From Seison nebaliae (Eukaryota): a stretch of DNA of 64,000 bases. The stretch is from NCBI GenBank assembly GCA_023231475.1, contig JALJEE010000027.1, positions 1 through 64,000 of the forward strand, given 5' to 3'. Position numbers and translations under genes: made by a program. The number at the start of each line of letters is the position of its first letter. Positions within the stretch are counted from its first letter, which is position 1. Positions 27,316 through 38,104 of this stretch are shown one piece after another. Under the pieces are notes generated by a model. It did no database searches. It had not been told where the DNA came from and worked only from the letters and a program-made list of their open reading frames with translations.

Positions 27316-29685
27316 TCAAACATAAACTTTAATTTTATAATATTGTGTTATTAAATTATTTATGGTATGGAGTAAAGAAGAAATAGTAGGACGTCTATTA
27401 GGACACGAACGCCACGTCGTTTCAATGATGTTCTTATATTCATTTTCCGCATTGATATACCACCATTTAGCTCTAATTGACGACTGGAATTGGTGATTGG
27501 AATGAAAGAAATGAAGTTCATTAATTTCTTCGTTTAACGTCATTAATAAATGATTTTGAGATGAGATACATTTACCCATTTCGAAATGAGATAAACTACG
27601 ATAATTCACTTTTTTCTTATTGAAAAAATTACTGATTAATTTTCTTGTGGGTAAAACTGAATTGCGTCGAATATCTGTGGGATCTGGTACGTCGAATTGC
27701 TGATTGACATTGAATGAATTATTAACGAAAATATTGTTATCACGATAATGTTGTTGACGTTGTGCTGCTGTCAAAGATAAATTATTTTCAAAAATTTTAT
27801 TTTTTATAATTTTCGATTCTTCCGATGGTTTCTCCTCATCAATCGTCTTATTCTGAGGATTAGTAAGAGTTTCATGGAAATGGAAATCTTCAATCTCATC
27901 AGCATTATATAGAGTTACACTGGAATATTGATAATTTTTTCTAGTGGTGAAAGATGGTGGCCAATTTGGTGGGAAAGCCGGCCGATATTCTTCCGCGACA
28001 ACCTTAAAAACCGTTACATGTGGATTCTCACCGATGAATGGTAAATCTCGTGTTAACATATGCCAAAATGTCATTCCACACGAATAGATGTCAGCAGCTG
28101 GTGTTGGAGGTTTTCCCCTTAATAGTTCGGGTGCTCGATATAAATAAGTTCCGGTAGTAGCTGAAGTTGATCGATTAGGAACGATAGGAAGAACAACGCC
28201 TTTATTTCTTAAGTTTTCTATGACAACCGAACAACCGAAATCAGCCAATTTACATCGACCCATTCCTGGAATAAGATTGGATGTAACGATAATATTTGAT
28301 GGTTTTATATCTAAATGAAGAATTCTCATTTGTTCGTTTGAATGGAGGAAATTTAATCCGTTCAAAATATCAACTGTCCATCTCAGACGTGTAATACAAT
28401 CAATCGTTGGCATTAGAATGAAATCGTTCAATAATGTCAAAAGAGAATGTTCGCCCGCTAATTCACAAATCATAATGTAACTTCTCGATAAATCGAATTG
28501 ATCTAATAACGACCAGAATTTCGGTGTTTTACATTCATTTTTCCATAAATATGATTCCGGTGTGGAGAATCTTCCGTTATAAGATAAAGACGATCGATAT
28601 TGTGATGAGTTGAATGATGATCGATTATCATTCGTTAAATCGGACATAAAATCACTAATATAATTACTATCTCTTTTCGTACTGATCGAGGAATCGCATA
28701 ACGGCGAATTTACCGTATCTGGTGAATTGAGACGACTCGTATTTGATATGATTGTTGTTGTTGATGATTTTGGTCGTCGAGAACGATTAGTTGTCGTACT
28801 CATTGGATTCCGATAAGATACTGGAGATAAATGATTAATTAGGGGATGGATAAGATGCATCGTTCGAACGACATTCTGATGTAATAATCCTACGACATGT
28901 TGTTCATTTAAGATACTTTGTTGCAATGCATTCCTACTCAATTTCATGGTGGAATGTAATTGTTTAATTGCAATTCGAACTTTCAATTTCTTCTTCCTAA
29001 ACAATCGATAACCATTTTCCAACTGATTCGTATTGAATAAAGATTTACTTCGTCGTCTTTTATAATTTGTTTGGAAATTGTTCGATTGGAAATGTTTCCG
29101 ATTCATCTCATATTCTGACATCAGATAACATTCTAATAAGAATTTCAATTCTTTCATTAAACATTCCTCGTAATTTCGAAGATAATAACTGGAGAAGAGA
29201 ACAGATAAATCGATAATCCAAGCCGCTTCATAAACATTTCCAAATGCGCCTTGACCGATTTTGCGATAAATTTGAATTGTCGTATCGAACGGAAATAATG
29301 ATAACATTTCATTCTCACAACGATTTTTCAAATTGAGAATTAATTGAAATATTCTTCCCGTTCGACTACAATTCCCATCAATAATTACATAATTATTCAT
29401 TGATGAATTATTCCAAAATATATCTATCGCTTCATATTTCCCCGAATGATCATTCTCTTCGATTAACGAATAATTATTCTCCTCGTCATTGGCACTAGTG
29501 GGAGACATGGCATTCGAATTGATATTCGCCTCAGCTAAACAGATTATACTGGCGTTGGACTCTTGTTGTACTCGGGAGAGATTGCCATTAATATTCTTCT
29601 TCTTACGCAATTCATTCAAAAGTGATTTCAATTTCAACACAGTTACACTCAATCTGCTACTTTCGCTTCCGATGTTGGACTCCAT
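27316..29685 (-). CDS. MOS: Mos serine/threonine kinase (intronless, large insertions)
   Basis: IGQGAFGNVY, LLHQNVVR, ILHLDIKPSNI, LADFGCS and GTYLYRAPELLRGKPPTPAADIYS...VVAEEYRP match c-Mos. First ATG is at 29685. Confidence 0.88.
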   Translation of the reverse strand: MESNIGSESSRLSVTVLKLKSLLNELRKKKNINGNLSRVQQESNASIICLAEANINSNAMSPTSANDEENNYSLIEENDHSGKYEAIDIFWNNSSMNNYVIIDGNCSRTGRIFQLILNLKNRCENEMLSLFPFDTTIQIYRKIGQGAFGNVYEAAWIIDLSVLFSSYYLRNYEECLMKELKFLLECYLMSEYEMNRKHFQSNNFQTNYKRRRSKSLFNTNQLENGYRLFRKKKLKVRIAIKQLHSTMKLSRNALQQSILNEQHVVGLLHQNVVRTMHLIHPLINHLSPVSYRNPMSTTTNRSRRPKSSTTTIISNTSRLNSPDTVNSPLCDSSISTKRDSNYISDFMSDLTNDNRSSFNSSQYRSSLSYNGRFSTPESYLWKNECKTPKFWSLLDQFDLSRSYIMICELAGEHSLLTLLNDFILMPTIDCITRLRWTVDILNGLNFLHSNEQMRILHLDIKPSNIIVTSNLIPGMGRCKLADFGCSVVIENLRNKGVVLPIVPNRSTSATTGTYLYRAPELLRGKPPTPAADIYSCGMTFWHMLTRDLPFIGENPHVTVFKVVAEEYRPAFPPNWPPSFTTRKNYQYSSVTLYNADEIEDFHFHETLTNPQNKTIDEEKPSEESKIIKNKIFENNLSLTAAQRQQHYRDNNIFVNNSFNVNQQFDVPDPTDIRRNSVLPTRKLISNFFNKKKVNYRSLSHFEMGKCISSQNHLLMTLNEEINELHFFHSNHQFQSSIRAKWWYINAENEYKNIIETTWRSCPNRRPTISSLLHTINNLITQYYKIKVYV

Positions 29686-30092
29686 AACCTCTACACCAAA
29701 ACCTGTCACCGCAAATTACTTTTTTCTCAACTCGTCTTCGGCGACAACTTGAATTAATATTTCGAATTATTCAAACCAGCCAAATTGAAAAAAATATGCT
29801 GAATTTTTTGCTTTGGTCTATTATGAAAATTTTGAATACTCTCTACTCTCAGGAATGTGAAGTAAGAGAATGTTGTATGAGTATGAAACAGTTTTCTCAA
29901 ACTTTATGTCGAGTCATTCAGTCTGCAGATAATAATGATGATGACCGATTATTCTTTTAAGAAGCTTCCTCTGACGCTCGATTTCATGAAATAATTTCAT
30001 TATTCTATAGAAACAAAATGGACATCATAATACAGAACAGAAAAAAATTTCATGAATCTAAAAAAAAATATTTTCCAACAGATGTTACACTG

Positions 30093-30111
30093 TCTCTCTC
30101 TCTCTCTCTCT
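30093..30111. repeat. (TC)n microsatellite
   Basis: Directly visible. Confidence 0.85.
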
Positions 30112-30870
30112 TTTTTTTGTTTTCTGTTTATTTTAGAATCTTTCATTTCTTTACTTTTTAAGTATAACCATCTGCGTCCAGAAGACTAATTGAATAAAAA
30201 AAAATGTTCCCAATATTAAATTGTATAAAGTGACACATAGAAGATTGTGCATAAATGACAGCCTATGTCAATCTATATCGGTTTGTCATTAATAAAGAAA
30301 CTTATCACTAAACTCCGAAGAGAGTTGATTAATAATATTCTCTTATGGTTAAAATAAAATTTGGAGGGTCGCTCTTACCTCATTGTAAAATTTTTACCTG
30401 CCCCTCTCTAATTACCAGAACAATTCAAGAAATTATTATTAATTATTAAATTAATTTTGATTCCAATTCTGTTCCCCTCATCAATTGCTCACCAGTCAAC
30501 TTCGTCCAATAATATTTTGTGGTAAGATTTTAAATTTGATTTTAATCAAGTTGAATCATTCGACTTTTTTCGACAGTTTTAAACATTAATAGAAATCTAA
30601 ATTTAACTTACAATTGTTAGGAATCTTAATTTTTCAAAAAAGTAGAATTTATCCAATTAAAGTTTAATTTAAAATAATTTGAATTATTTAAATTGATGCC
30701 AAATAAAGAATTGACGTTTAATCCAATAAAAATGACGTATAAGATAAACAACAAAAATTTTTGAATAAGGATGACGTGTTATAAACTCAACGGAAAAAAA
30801 TGGATGAATCATTAAAATTTCTAATGTCACGTACATTGATTTGATGATTGATCTTTCAGAACATTTAAAA

Positions 30871-33800
30871 ATGAATTCGTTCTTAATTTTACTGTTATAT
30901 TTGTTCTTAATCAATATTTCTGAGGTTAGCACAATTAAGGAAGAAACTTTCTTCAAGAAATGCTCCTAATTTTTATGTGTGTTAAATCGATAGGGCGTAA
31001 AGGTTAAAAAAATGACGATGGTTTATGCTCAAAACGTACTCTTAGCATCACGTGGCTTATGTAAGTGGGAGAGAGCGTATGACAACCGGAATCCACGATT
31101 CGTAGATATCGCCAAACATGGTCTGACGATAGATGGCGAATTAAATCGGAGATTGTCAAGTGTGGAACCGTTGCAGATTCCCAAATTTTTAATAGGACCA
31201 GGTTAGTTTGCCGATCATTCCCCATTTGTAAAACATATCGCCAGAGGGAATAACCATCTACAATGTTGTTCTTAGAGATGCCGCACTCTATAAATGTACG
31301 TATTACGATGGTAGATCACAAATATATGATGCTGATGTTCTAGGTTTGAATATGATTTGAATGCTTCAAACTTATTCCACATATCCCAGATACAAAGTTG
31401 AATTTTGGATACGTTTATGGTAAACTCTTCTACAAAATAAATAACAAAGAAGTGTCGTTACGCGAATGGCATAAACAAAAGCATGAGGAGCATCACCACG
31501 AAGGATATTTAATAGTTGATCCACCAAAATATTTGGGACCAATTTCGGTGACTCTCTACGATCATAAAGATGTAAAGCTTGCGTGTGATGGTGTACGATC
31601 AGAAGCACATTTAGTATATTATTGGTTGAATGCGAATAATCCGTTAAATTTCAATAGCAATATAAGATGGGTTAGTCATCCGTTGAACATTAATTAATAG
31701 ATCTTATTAGTCGAATGCTCAACTTGATCTCTATTTTGCCATCTCGCCAATAGTCGGCTCGATGATTTTGGGGAAAACGAAAACTCCATACTTCTCTCCA
31801 TTTCGAGCGGCATATACGAAGAATCCTCATTTTCACTATCGGCTAACTGCACGTAGATGGCTGTCTTTAGTACAAAGATATCAATGTCCAGCTAACGTAC
31901 CAAGAGCAGTACAGAAACACTATTTCGATAATCTTAATGAATTACTGGTTAGATATTTAGTAAACATTTACTTTCCAAAGAATATTTGTCAAAGTAAATC
32001 AAAATTCCTTACTCAATAATAATTCGATCAGAATTTCCTTCATTTAATCTAAATATTTAATTTTAGAACTTATTTATGTGGACTATTCAGTAATTTAGTT
32101 TAATTTCTTTCTTTTTAATACAGTTTAAATCGTTCCAACAACAAAATCCGAAACTAAGTCCGAAACAGAATTATTTCCACGATATACCCTCCACTAATGC
32201 TGCGATGAGTGGAACTTATCTTTGTATGACTCTGCCTATTGATGATCATCATCATCACGCCACACACGATACACCAACAAGATATGAGAAGAGTGCATAT
32301 ATAGCTGAAATAGAAATATTTTTCGGGAGGCCCTTCATGAAAAAGAAATCATTGAGACCTCCGATTTTAAAAAATTTGGAAACAATGAAAAAGAAATCGA
32401 CAGACTTAAACGTCACGAAAGATTTAGGTACGGATTATGACGACGGCAGAGTATCGAGAACATGTAACTATTTTCGTTCGATGGCATATAAGTTGTTTGA
32501 CTCTCAATTCCTTCCATATCTTTTCGATACAGATGAGAAAGATATAATAGGTATGTTAGTGAATGAAAAAAGGATGAATTCTTATTATGAAACAAATGAT
32601 TTGAGACCAGGAATAAGAAATTTATTAGTTCGAGCTGATTTCAATAGATCAAAAGTAATTTGTACTAATCATTGGTATACGCGAGCACAATTTTCTCATT
32701 TTTGTGGTATGTTTACGGATGCGGGAATTCCTCGTCCGAAATACGACAACAAATGGATTAATGTGAAGAGGCGGTTGATGTATAAAAGATTATTTTTTGC
32801 GCCTGACCCCAAAGCAGGTGAAACGACTTATCCCAGTTATCTTGGCGAAGGTGTGCAAGTACCAGTGGTAGAACATGATAGTCTTAAAGAACCGGCGGTC
32901 AAACGAATCGAATGTCGAGAGAAGATTGATATGGCATTTTATCCATGTTTCCTCTACATATTTCAACCACGAAATCGATATAGTTAGACTGTTTATGAAT
33001 AATCAATTATTAATCAATCATTTCTAGTGACTCGTTTAAAGAGTGGATTACGTAAATTTCAAATACCGATAAAGAAATATAAAGATAACATCTATGTATT
33101 GGATTCGAAGTATATCAGGAATGTCAGAACGATGTACATACCACGACATCGAACTATTTTCGAGATGTCGTTCCTAACACCAGATACTTACAATGTTTAT
33201 CATCCAATAAGTTTACATGTTCCAATTGGAAGGTTCATCGAGTTGAATTGTAAACATTTCATGTGTACACGAAGAACGAAAGTCTCATTCTCTTCTACAC
33301 AAATTCCAAACCAATAATCATTTCTTCACAGTTCCTTCATCCAGGTTTATATTGTAAATACCTATGGCGTTTAAATGGGAAAATTTTGGAAACGCAAATC
33401 GATCATATAGTCATCAATCATGCACTACCTAAACATAGTGGTACTTATACATGTACAGTAAATCCCAGACTAAAAAGTAGGAAAACACAAGTACTTAAAT
33501 TGAAGGTTGTGGATTTGATCCCACCAATTTTCACAATGTGCCCACACAACCTCATTTTCTGCTATGCCAATCGATCTGATCGTTACTTTCATGAGAGTGT
33601 CGAAATAAAGTTACCAAATCCAAGAGCGATCGATAATGTTGATCATCGGAACGTGAAGATTACGTGTAATAAATTAGGTATTCTTCGATTCTATCAAGGT
33701 CGATTTATAGTTTCATGCAATGCAACTGATAAATCAGGCAATGTAGCAACTTGTACTTATTATATTGTCGGTTCGACTTTTCTTAATATTATCTTTTCCT

Positions 33801-34091
33801 TCAATTCTCAATTTAGTGTGTTCTCTAGTTCAAGCGAAAGCCATCGATCCTTTCTTCCAATTGACACGAACACTTACTGTCGCTGCCACTTATCTTTTCG
33901 CTGCAATCATGTTAATCATGTCATATTGTATCGCTCTCATCGATTTTACGAAACGTTAATAATTTTTATTTTTTTTTATAAAAAAATATAATTTATTTTT
34001 TTAAGATCGACCCAAAAAAATGAATCCGAATCTGTTGAAAAAATTCGTTCGTTTAGAACATCTATCGAGAATGGACGAAGAAAAACGATAA
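30871..34091 (+). CDS. Type I membrane protein: signal peptide, Ig-like domains, HYR-like domain, TM helix, short tail; about 10 exons (introns 30925-30993, 31202-31244, 31344-31389, 31671-31710, 31948-32123, 32983-33027, 33282-33331, 33771-33816/33828, 33955-34005)
   Basis: Seven ORF fragments join in frame. Ig F-strand motifs RDAALYKC, MSGTYLC and HSGTYTC; HYR-like VDLIPPIFTMCP...ATDKSGNVATCTYYI; TM LTVAATYLFAAIMLIMSYCIALI. Confidence 0.75.
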
Positions 34092-34147
34092 CAATTGAAA
34101 TTTACATTTTCCTCTATTTTCTTCTAATTTTATTTAATTCCATTAAT

Positions 34148-35887
34148 TTATATTGATTTCTTTCTAATAAAATGATTTCGTAATATTCTCTCATGCATCT
34201 CCCATACTTGAACTATATTATCTTTCGCCATCGAAATATTTAGGAAAGACATCGGTAACTTCTCTTTTTTCATCTTCAACAAAACTTTACAATTATCAAC
34301 TTTTCTCTTCATTTCCTTATATTTATCAGAATCTAATTCCAATAATTTTATATGAGATTTCTTCGTCCAAAAATCGTACATTTTTTCCATTGCTACATCA
34401 ATTGAATATCGCCAATCAACACTCGTCACCGGTCCCGTATTTCCACCATGAGCGAAAATGAGATTTGGAATATCTTTCGTTTGGAATGATTTTTTCACGA
34501 TTAATTCTCTCGTTGACAATTTCACATCTTCGATACTCTTCTGATATTGTTCATAACTATTATCGTCAGCTATTGATGATTTGACGGATGTTTTGAAATA
34601 ATTTTTCATTTTTTCATCAATTTTATTCTCACAATTATTTATATCCCAGACATAAGTTCGACGATTGGATGATGATTGTGAAAGAATATTGTAGAGTGTT
34701 GGATGCCAATTTAATTGTAATGTTTTCATATCTTCCATTTCATCATCATCCGTCGATGTTGATGGTAATTTAACGAAAGTTTCATTAAGTTTTCTCATAT
34801 CATAAATTCGAGAGGATGAACCACCAACAGCGAATAAATGACCAATAACTGGATTGAATTCAATTCGTTGATATTCCTCATTTGTGTGATTGATATGAAT
34901 AATATTCTTTTTTAAACGAATATCATTTATTTGAATATCATTCCTCTCTGTCAGACATGAGAGAAGATATGGATGTGATTTATTCCATGAAATATCTACA
35001 GGTCGATGACGTAAATTCATCGATTGATTTACCGATTTCCTTTCAATATCTAAAAGAGTTAATCCGTTCGTTTCCTCATCACAAATGGAAGCGAAACGAT
35101 TATAAAGAAACGGATTCCATTCCACATTGATAATTTCACCATTAAATCCTTTGAATATATGAATCTTTTCCAATTCTTTTATATCGTTTTCCATCTGATG
35201 ATTTTTTTCTTCTCGACATAATTTCAAAATTTTCCAATTTTCATTCTTTTCTTTCTCCTCCAATTCTCGTTCTTCCTTCTCTTTATATTCTCCGTAGCCC
35301 AATAAATCGTTTACTCGAAAAATTCCGAGACGACCTTCTTTCGTTCCCGTCACGACGGTTATAGATTTATCGAATAAATGATTCATATCAACATTCGATT
35401 GGAAAATGGAACATTTCGCACATGACAACGATCCATCGTCATGATAATATCTGGCAACTATTCTTATTCGATTTTTCAACGATCGATATTCACCAAATCC
35501 ATTTCCATTACTTGGAATATATTTGAGATATTCTTCGTTGTATGCCGATTCTTTTTTTTCCAAATTATCCACATTCTCATTAAACAAAGTATATGAATCG
35601 GGAATTAATGTTGATCCAATCATCAATAATGATGGTTCGTCAATCGGTTGAGTTCCCATCATAAACAATTGTAATTCATTCCTCCCATTATTCACTTCAT
35701 CATCATTTGAGATACTGTGACATAATTCGCATAAATCTTGAGTTAAATACATGGGGAGGAATTGGACGAATGGTGACGACCACTCAAGAGCAGAAGTGTA
35801 AAATAAATCATAAAGGAAAGACGTATTCTTTTTCCATTTGCGAAACTCCTCTGCAATTCTCTTCGTTTCTATTTTCTCGCTATTCAT
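34148..35887 (-). CDS. RBBP4/RBBP7 (CAF-1 p55)-like WD40 histone chaperone, divergent, intronless
   Basis: EEFRKWKKNTSFLYDL..ALEWSS, LIFAHGGNTGPV and DNIVQVWEM. Confidence 0.88.
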   Translation of the reverse strand: MNSEKIETKRIAEEFRKWKKNTSFLYDLFYTSALEWSSPFVQFLPMYLTQDLCELCHSISNDDEVNNGRNELQLFMMGTQPIDEPSLLMIGSTLIPDSYTLFNENVDNLEKKESAYNEEYLKYIPSNGNGFGEYRSLKNRIRIVARYYHDDGSLSCAKCSIFQSNVDMNHLFDKSITVVTGTKEGRLGIFRVNDLLGYGEYKEKEERELEEKEKNENWKILKLCREEKNHQMENDIKELEKIHIFKGFNGEIINVEWNPFLYNRFASICDEETNGLTLLDIERKSVNQSMNLRHRPVDISWNKSHPYLLSCLTERNDIQINDIRLKKNIIHINHTNEEYQRIEFNPVIGHLFAVGGSSSRIYDMRKLNETFVKLPSTSTDDDEMEDMKTLQLNWHPTLYNILSQSSSNRRTYVWDINNCENKIDEKMKNYFKTSVKSSIADDNSYEQYQKSIEDVKLSTRELIVKKSFQTKDIPNLIFAHGGNTGPVTSVDWRYSIDVAMEKMYDFWTKKSHIKLLELDSDKYKEMKRKVDNCKVLLKMKKEKLPMSFLNISMAKDNIVQVWEMHERILRNHFIRKKSI

Positions 35888-36181
35888 TTCTCTTAAATAA
35901 AAATTAAATTTAAAATGATTATCAAATTTACTTATAATCCAGATGTTTCTTCCTCTTATTTATTCTCCGAATGAGAAAAAGATATTTTAAAATTTAAAAT
36001 AACTTTTATTTTCCTTTTCAGCTTATTTTTCCTAAATTTTATTCTTCCATTCTCTTTCTTTCTCCATTTCTTTGTACATTTATCTTATTAATAAAAATGA
36101 CCAATATTTCAAAAATCTTCTCAACACCATTCTCGATTTATTTACTCTCTTTTAATTTTCTTTTCAACAATTTTTTTAAAA

Positions 36182-36550
36182 ATGGATAACATTTCAAAGA
36201 AAGAAAATGACAATCCGATTAACAAAAAATCATCAAATCTGATTAATGATATTGGTTTTGATAAGATGCCAAGAAATAAAACTTTACGACAACAATTACC
36301 AGCGTCGACTTGTGAACAATGTTTCCATTTTTGGGCGACATATAATTTGACAGATGCTCAACTACTTGAGAAATTGCGAGTTGGAGGATGTCGTCATCGA
36401 TCGAACAATTTAAAATGGCAGGAAGTTCCTTCTTATTTATTCCTCTCAGAAAATTTTGATTTATCAGACAATTCCCAGAAAGTGACTGGTTCACCTGATC
36501 GAATACATAAAAATAAAATGAAAAGAAAAAATAAATATTTGAATGAATAA
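36182..36550 (+). CDS. CtIP/Sae2/Com1 C-terminal-domain protein (122 aa)
   Basis: RNKTLRQQLPASTCEQC...GCRHR matches the CtIP R-K-R--L----CxxC...CSRHR signature. Confidence 0.7.
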   Translation: MDNISKKENDNPINKKSSNLINDIGFDKMPRNKTLRQQLPASTCEQCFHFWATYNLTDAQLLEKLRVGGCRHRSNNLKWQEVPSYLFLSENFDLSDNSQKVTGSPDRIHKNKMKRKNKYLNE

Positions 36551-36709
36551 AAATTTTATTGGTTGAATTTCAAACACAGAAGGAAATCTTTCAAAAAAAA
36601 AAAAGATAATATTGACACAAATGAGAAAGAAGCTATAAATACTGATGATAATGATGATGATGATGATGATCAAGATGACGATGATAAAAATAAGAAACTT
36701 GAGATAAAT

Positions 36710-38104
36710 TTACGTCGTTTGACATTTGAACGTTTTAATGATTTTTATACAATCGTCTTTGCAAATTGTCCGACAACAATAAACGAATCGGCAATTACAT
36801 TTAATTTTAATTTTATTGATTTTTTCCAAAATAAATTCTTCTGATTTATCAATCCTTTTTTGTCCGTTCACATTTTTCGAACAATTAACAAATCGATTCT
36901 CTATTATTGGTTTCTCTTCGATATTTCGCTTTCTTTGATTTCTTTGTTGGATGAATCGTTGACGACGAAATTTCCTTCTCTGTCGTCTTCTTTGTCGATT
37001 AGTATTGATGGTGGAGCGTTTATTATAAATGATATCCATCGGACCTGCCAACTTCTCCAATGCATTTGTCACCCGACCATAAAATCGTTGTGGGTCATAA
37101 GACAAAGTGTTAATTGGTAAAGACCTCGAATTGTGACGTTTCCCATTATGATTTCTTCTCAATCGATTTTGTTGTTGACTTTGAATTTCATTTCGGATCA
37201 TTGATAATATTTGTTTTGGTTCGATAGAAATTGCATTAATTGTACGATCATTTAATGATTGTACAACATAAAAAAAAGGTCGAATTCGGTTGCCGATTTT
37301 TACCATTTTATTCAAATAAATATGATTTCGACGATTTCTTTTTTTTCCAGTTTGACGAAATATTTCCGTATTTGGTTTTACATCTTTCACTCCCAATGAC
37401 AATTTCGCTATTTGAATACCGACATTGATGTTATGATTACGAACTGCTCGTTTTACAGGTTTTAACTTCCGTCGTTGTTCGGTCGTTCGATTGAAGATGT
37501 TATTATCATGAAGGAATTTTTTCGTTATTATCGAAGAGAATGTAAAGAGTTTTGATAGAGTACATCGATTCTCTTTGATACGTGATCGAAATCGTGAAAA
37601 ATTATTATTATTCGAACAATATTTTCGACATAAATGAAATTCACCCGTTGAACATTTTTTCATAATATTATAAAGTAAACTGGCACTACTCAATGCATGG
37701 AAGTAAGCGGCTTGATTGGGGAAACTTATCACTAAAAGAAAATTAGATTATAATTAATTTAATATTTATAATTCAAATGGAACTTGATTTGAAATTGGTG
37801 GGACAATTGAGTATTGAATTTGGCGATTGATGTCTGTTCATTATTCCACATTCTGCCATAGTTAAATTTTTACCTGAACAAATGAAGACAAAATATTATT
37901 ATTATTAGTTAACTTTTTAATTAGAATAAAAATTTAACTTTCTTGAACTGCGTCCAATAGACCACGAATGTTCTTTATCATCGTCAATTGATGGGGAGAT
38001 TCCATTGGGAACTTCTCATCAAACAACCACGAATCTTCGATGAATCCATTCGATTGTGTAATGGGAAGAAGGATAAGTAGAAGTACAAATAGTCGTCGAC
38101 TCAT
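36710..38104 (-). CDS. Highly divergent Wnt ligand, 3 exons (introns 37874-37938, 37732-37783)
   Basis: Signal peptide; AEC...LNC; QAAYFHALSSA...KKCSTGE; RNHNINVG; C-terminal CNCRFVYCCRTICKDDC...FKC. Confidence 0.85.

Noticed and set aside
36563..36844. Asp-rich ORF as a possible extra CtIP exon
   Set aside because: The candidate GTT donor (36489) and acceptor (36579) do not join into this frame; it is a (GAT)n repeat overlapping the Wnt 3' end.
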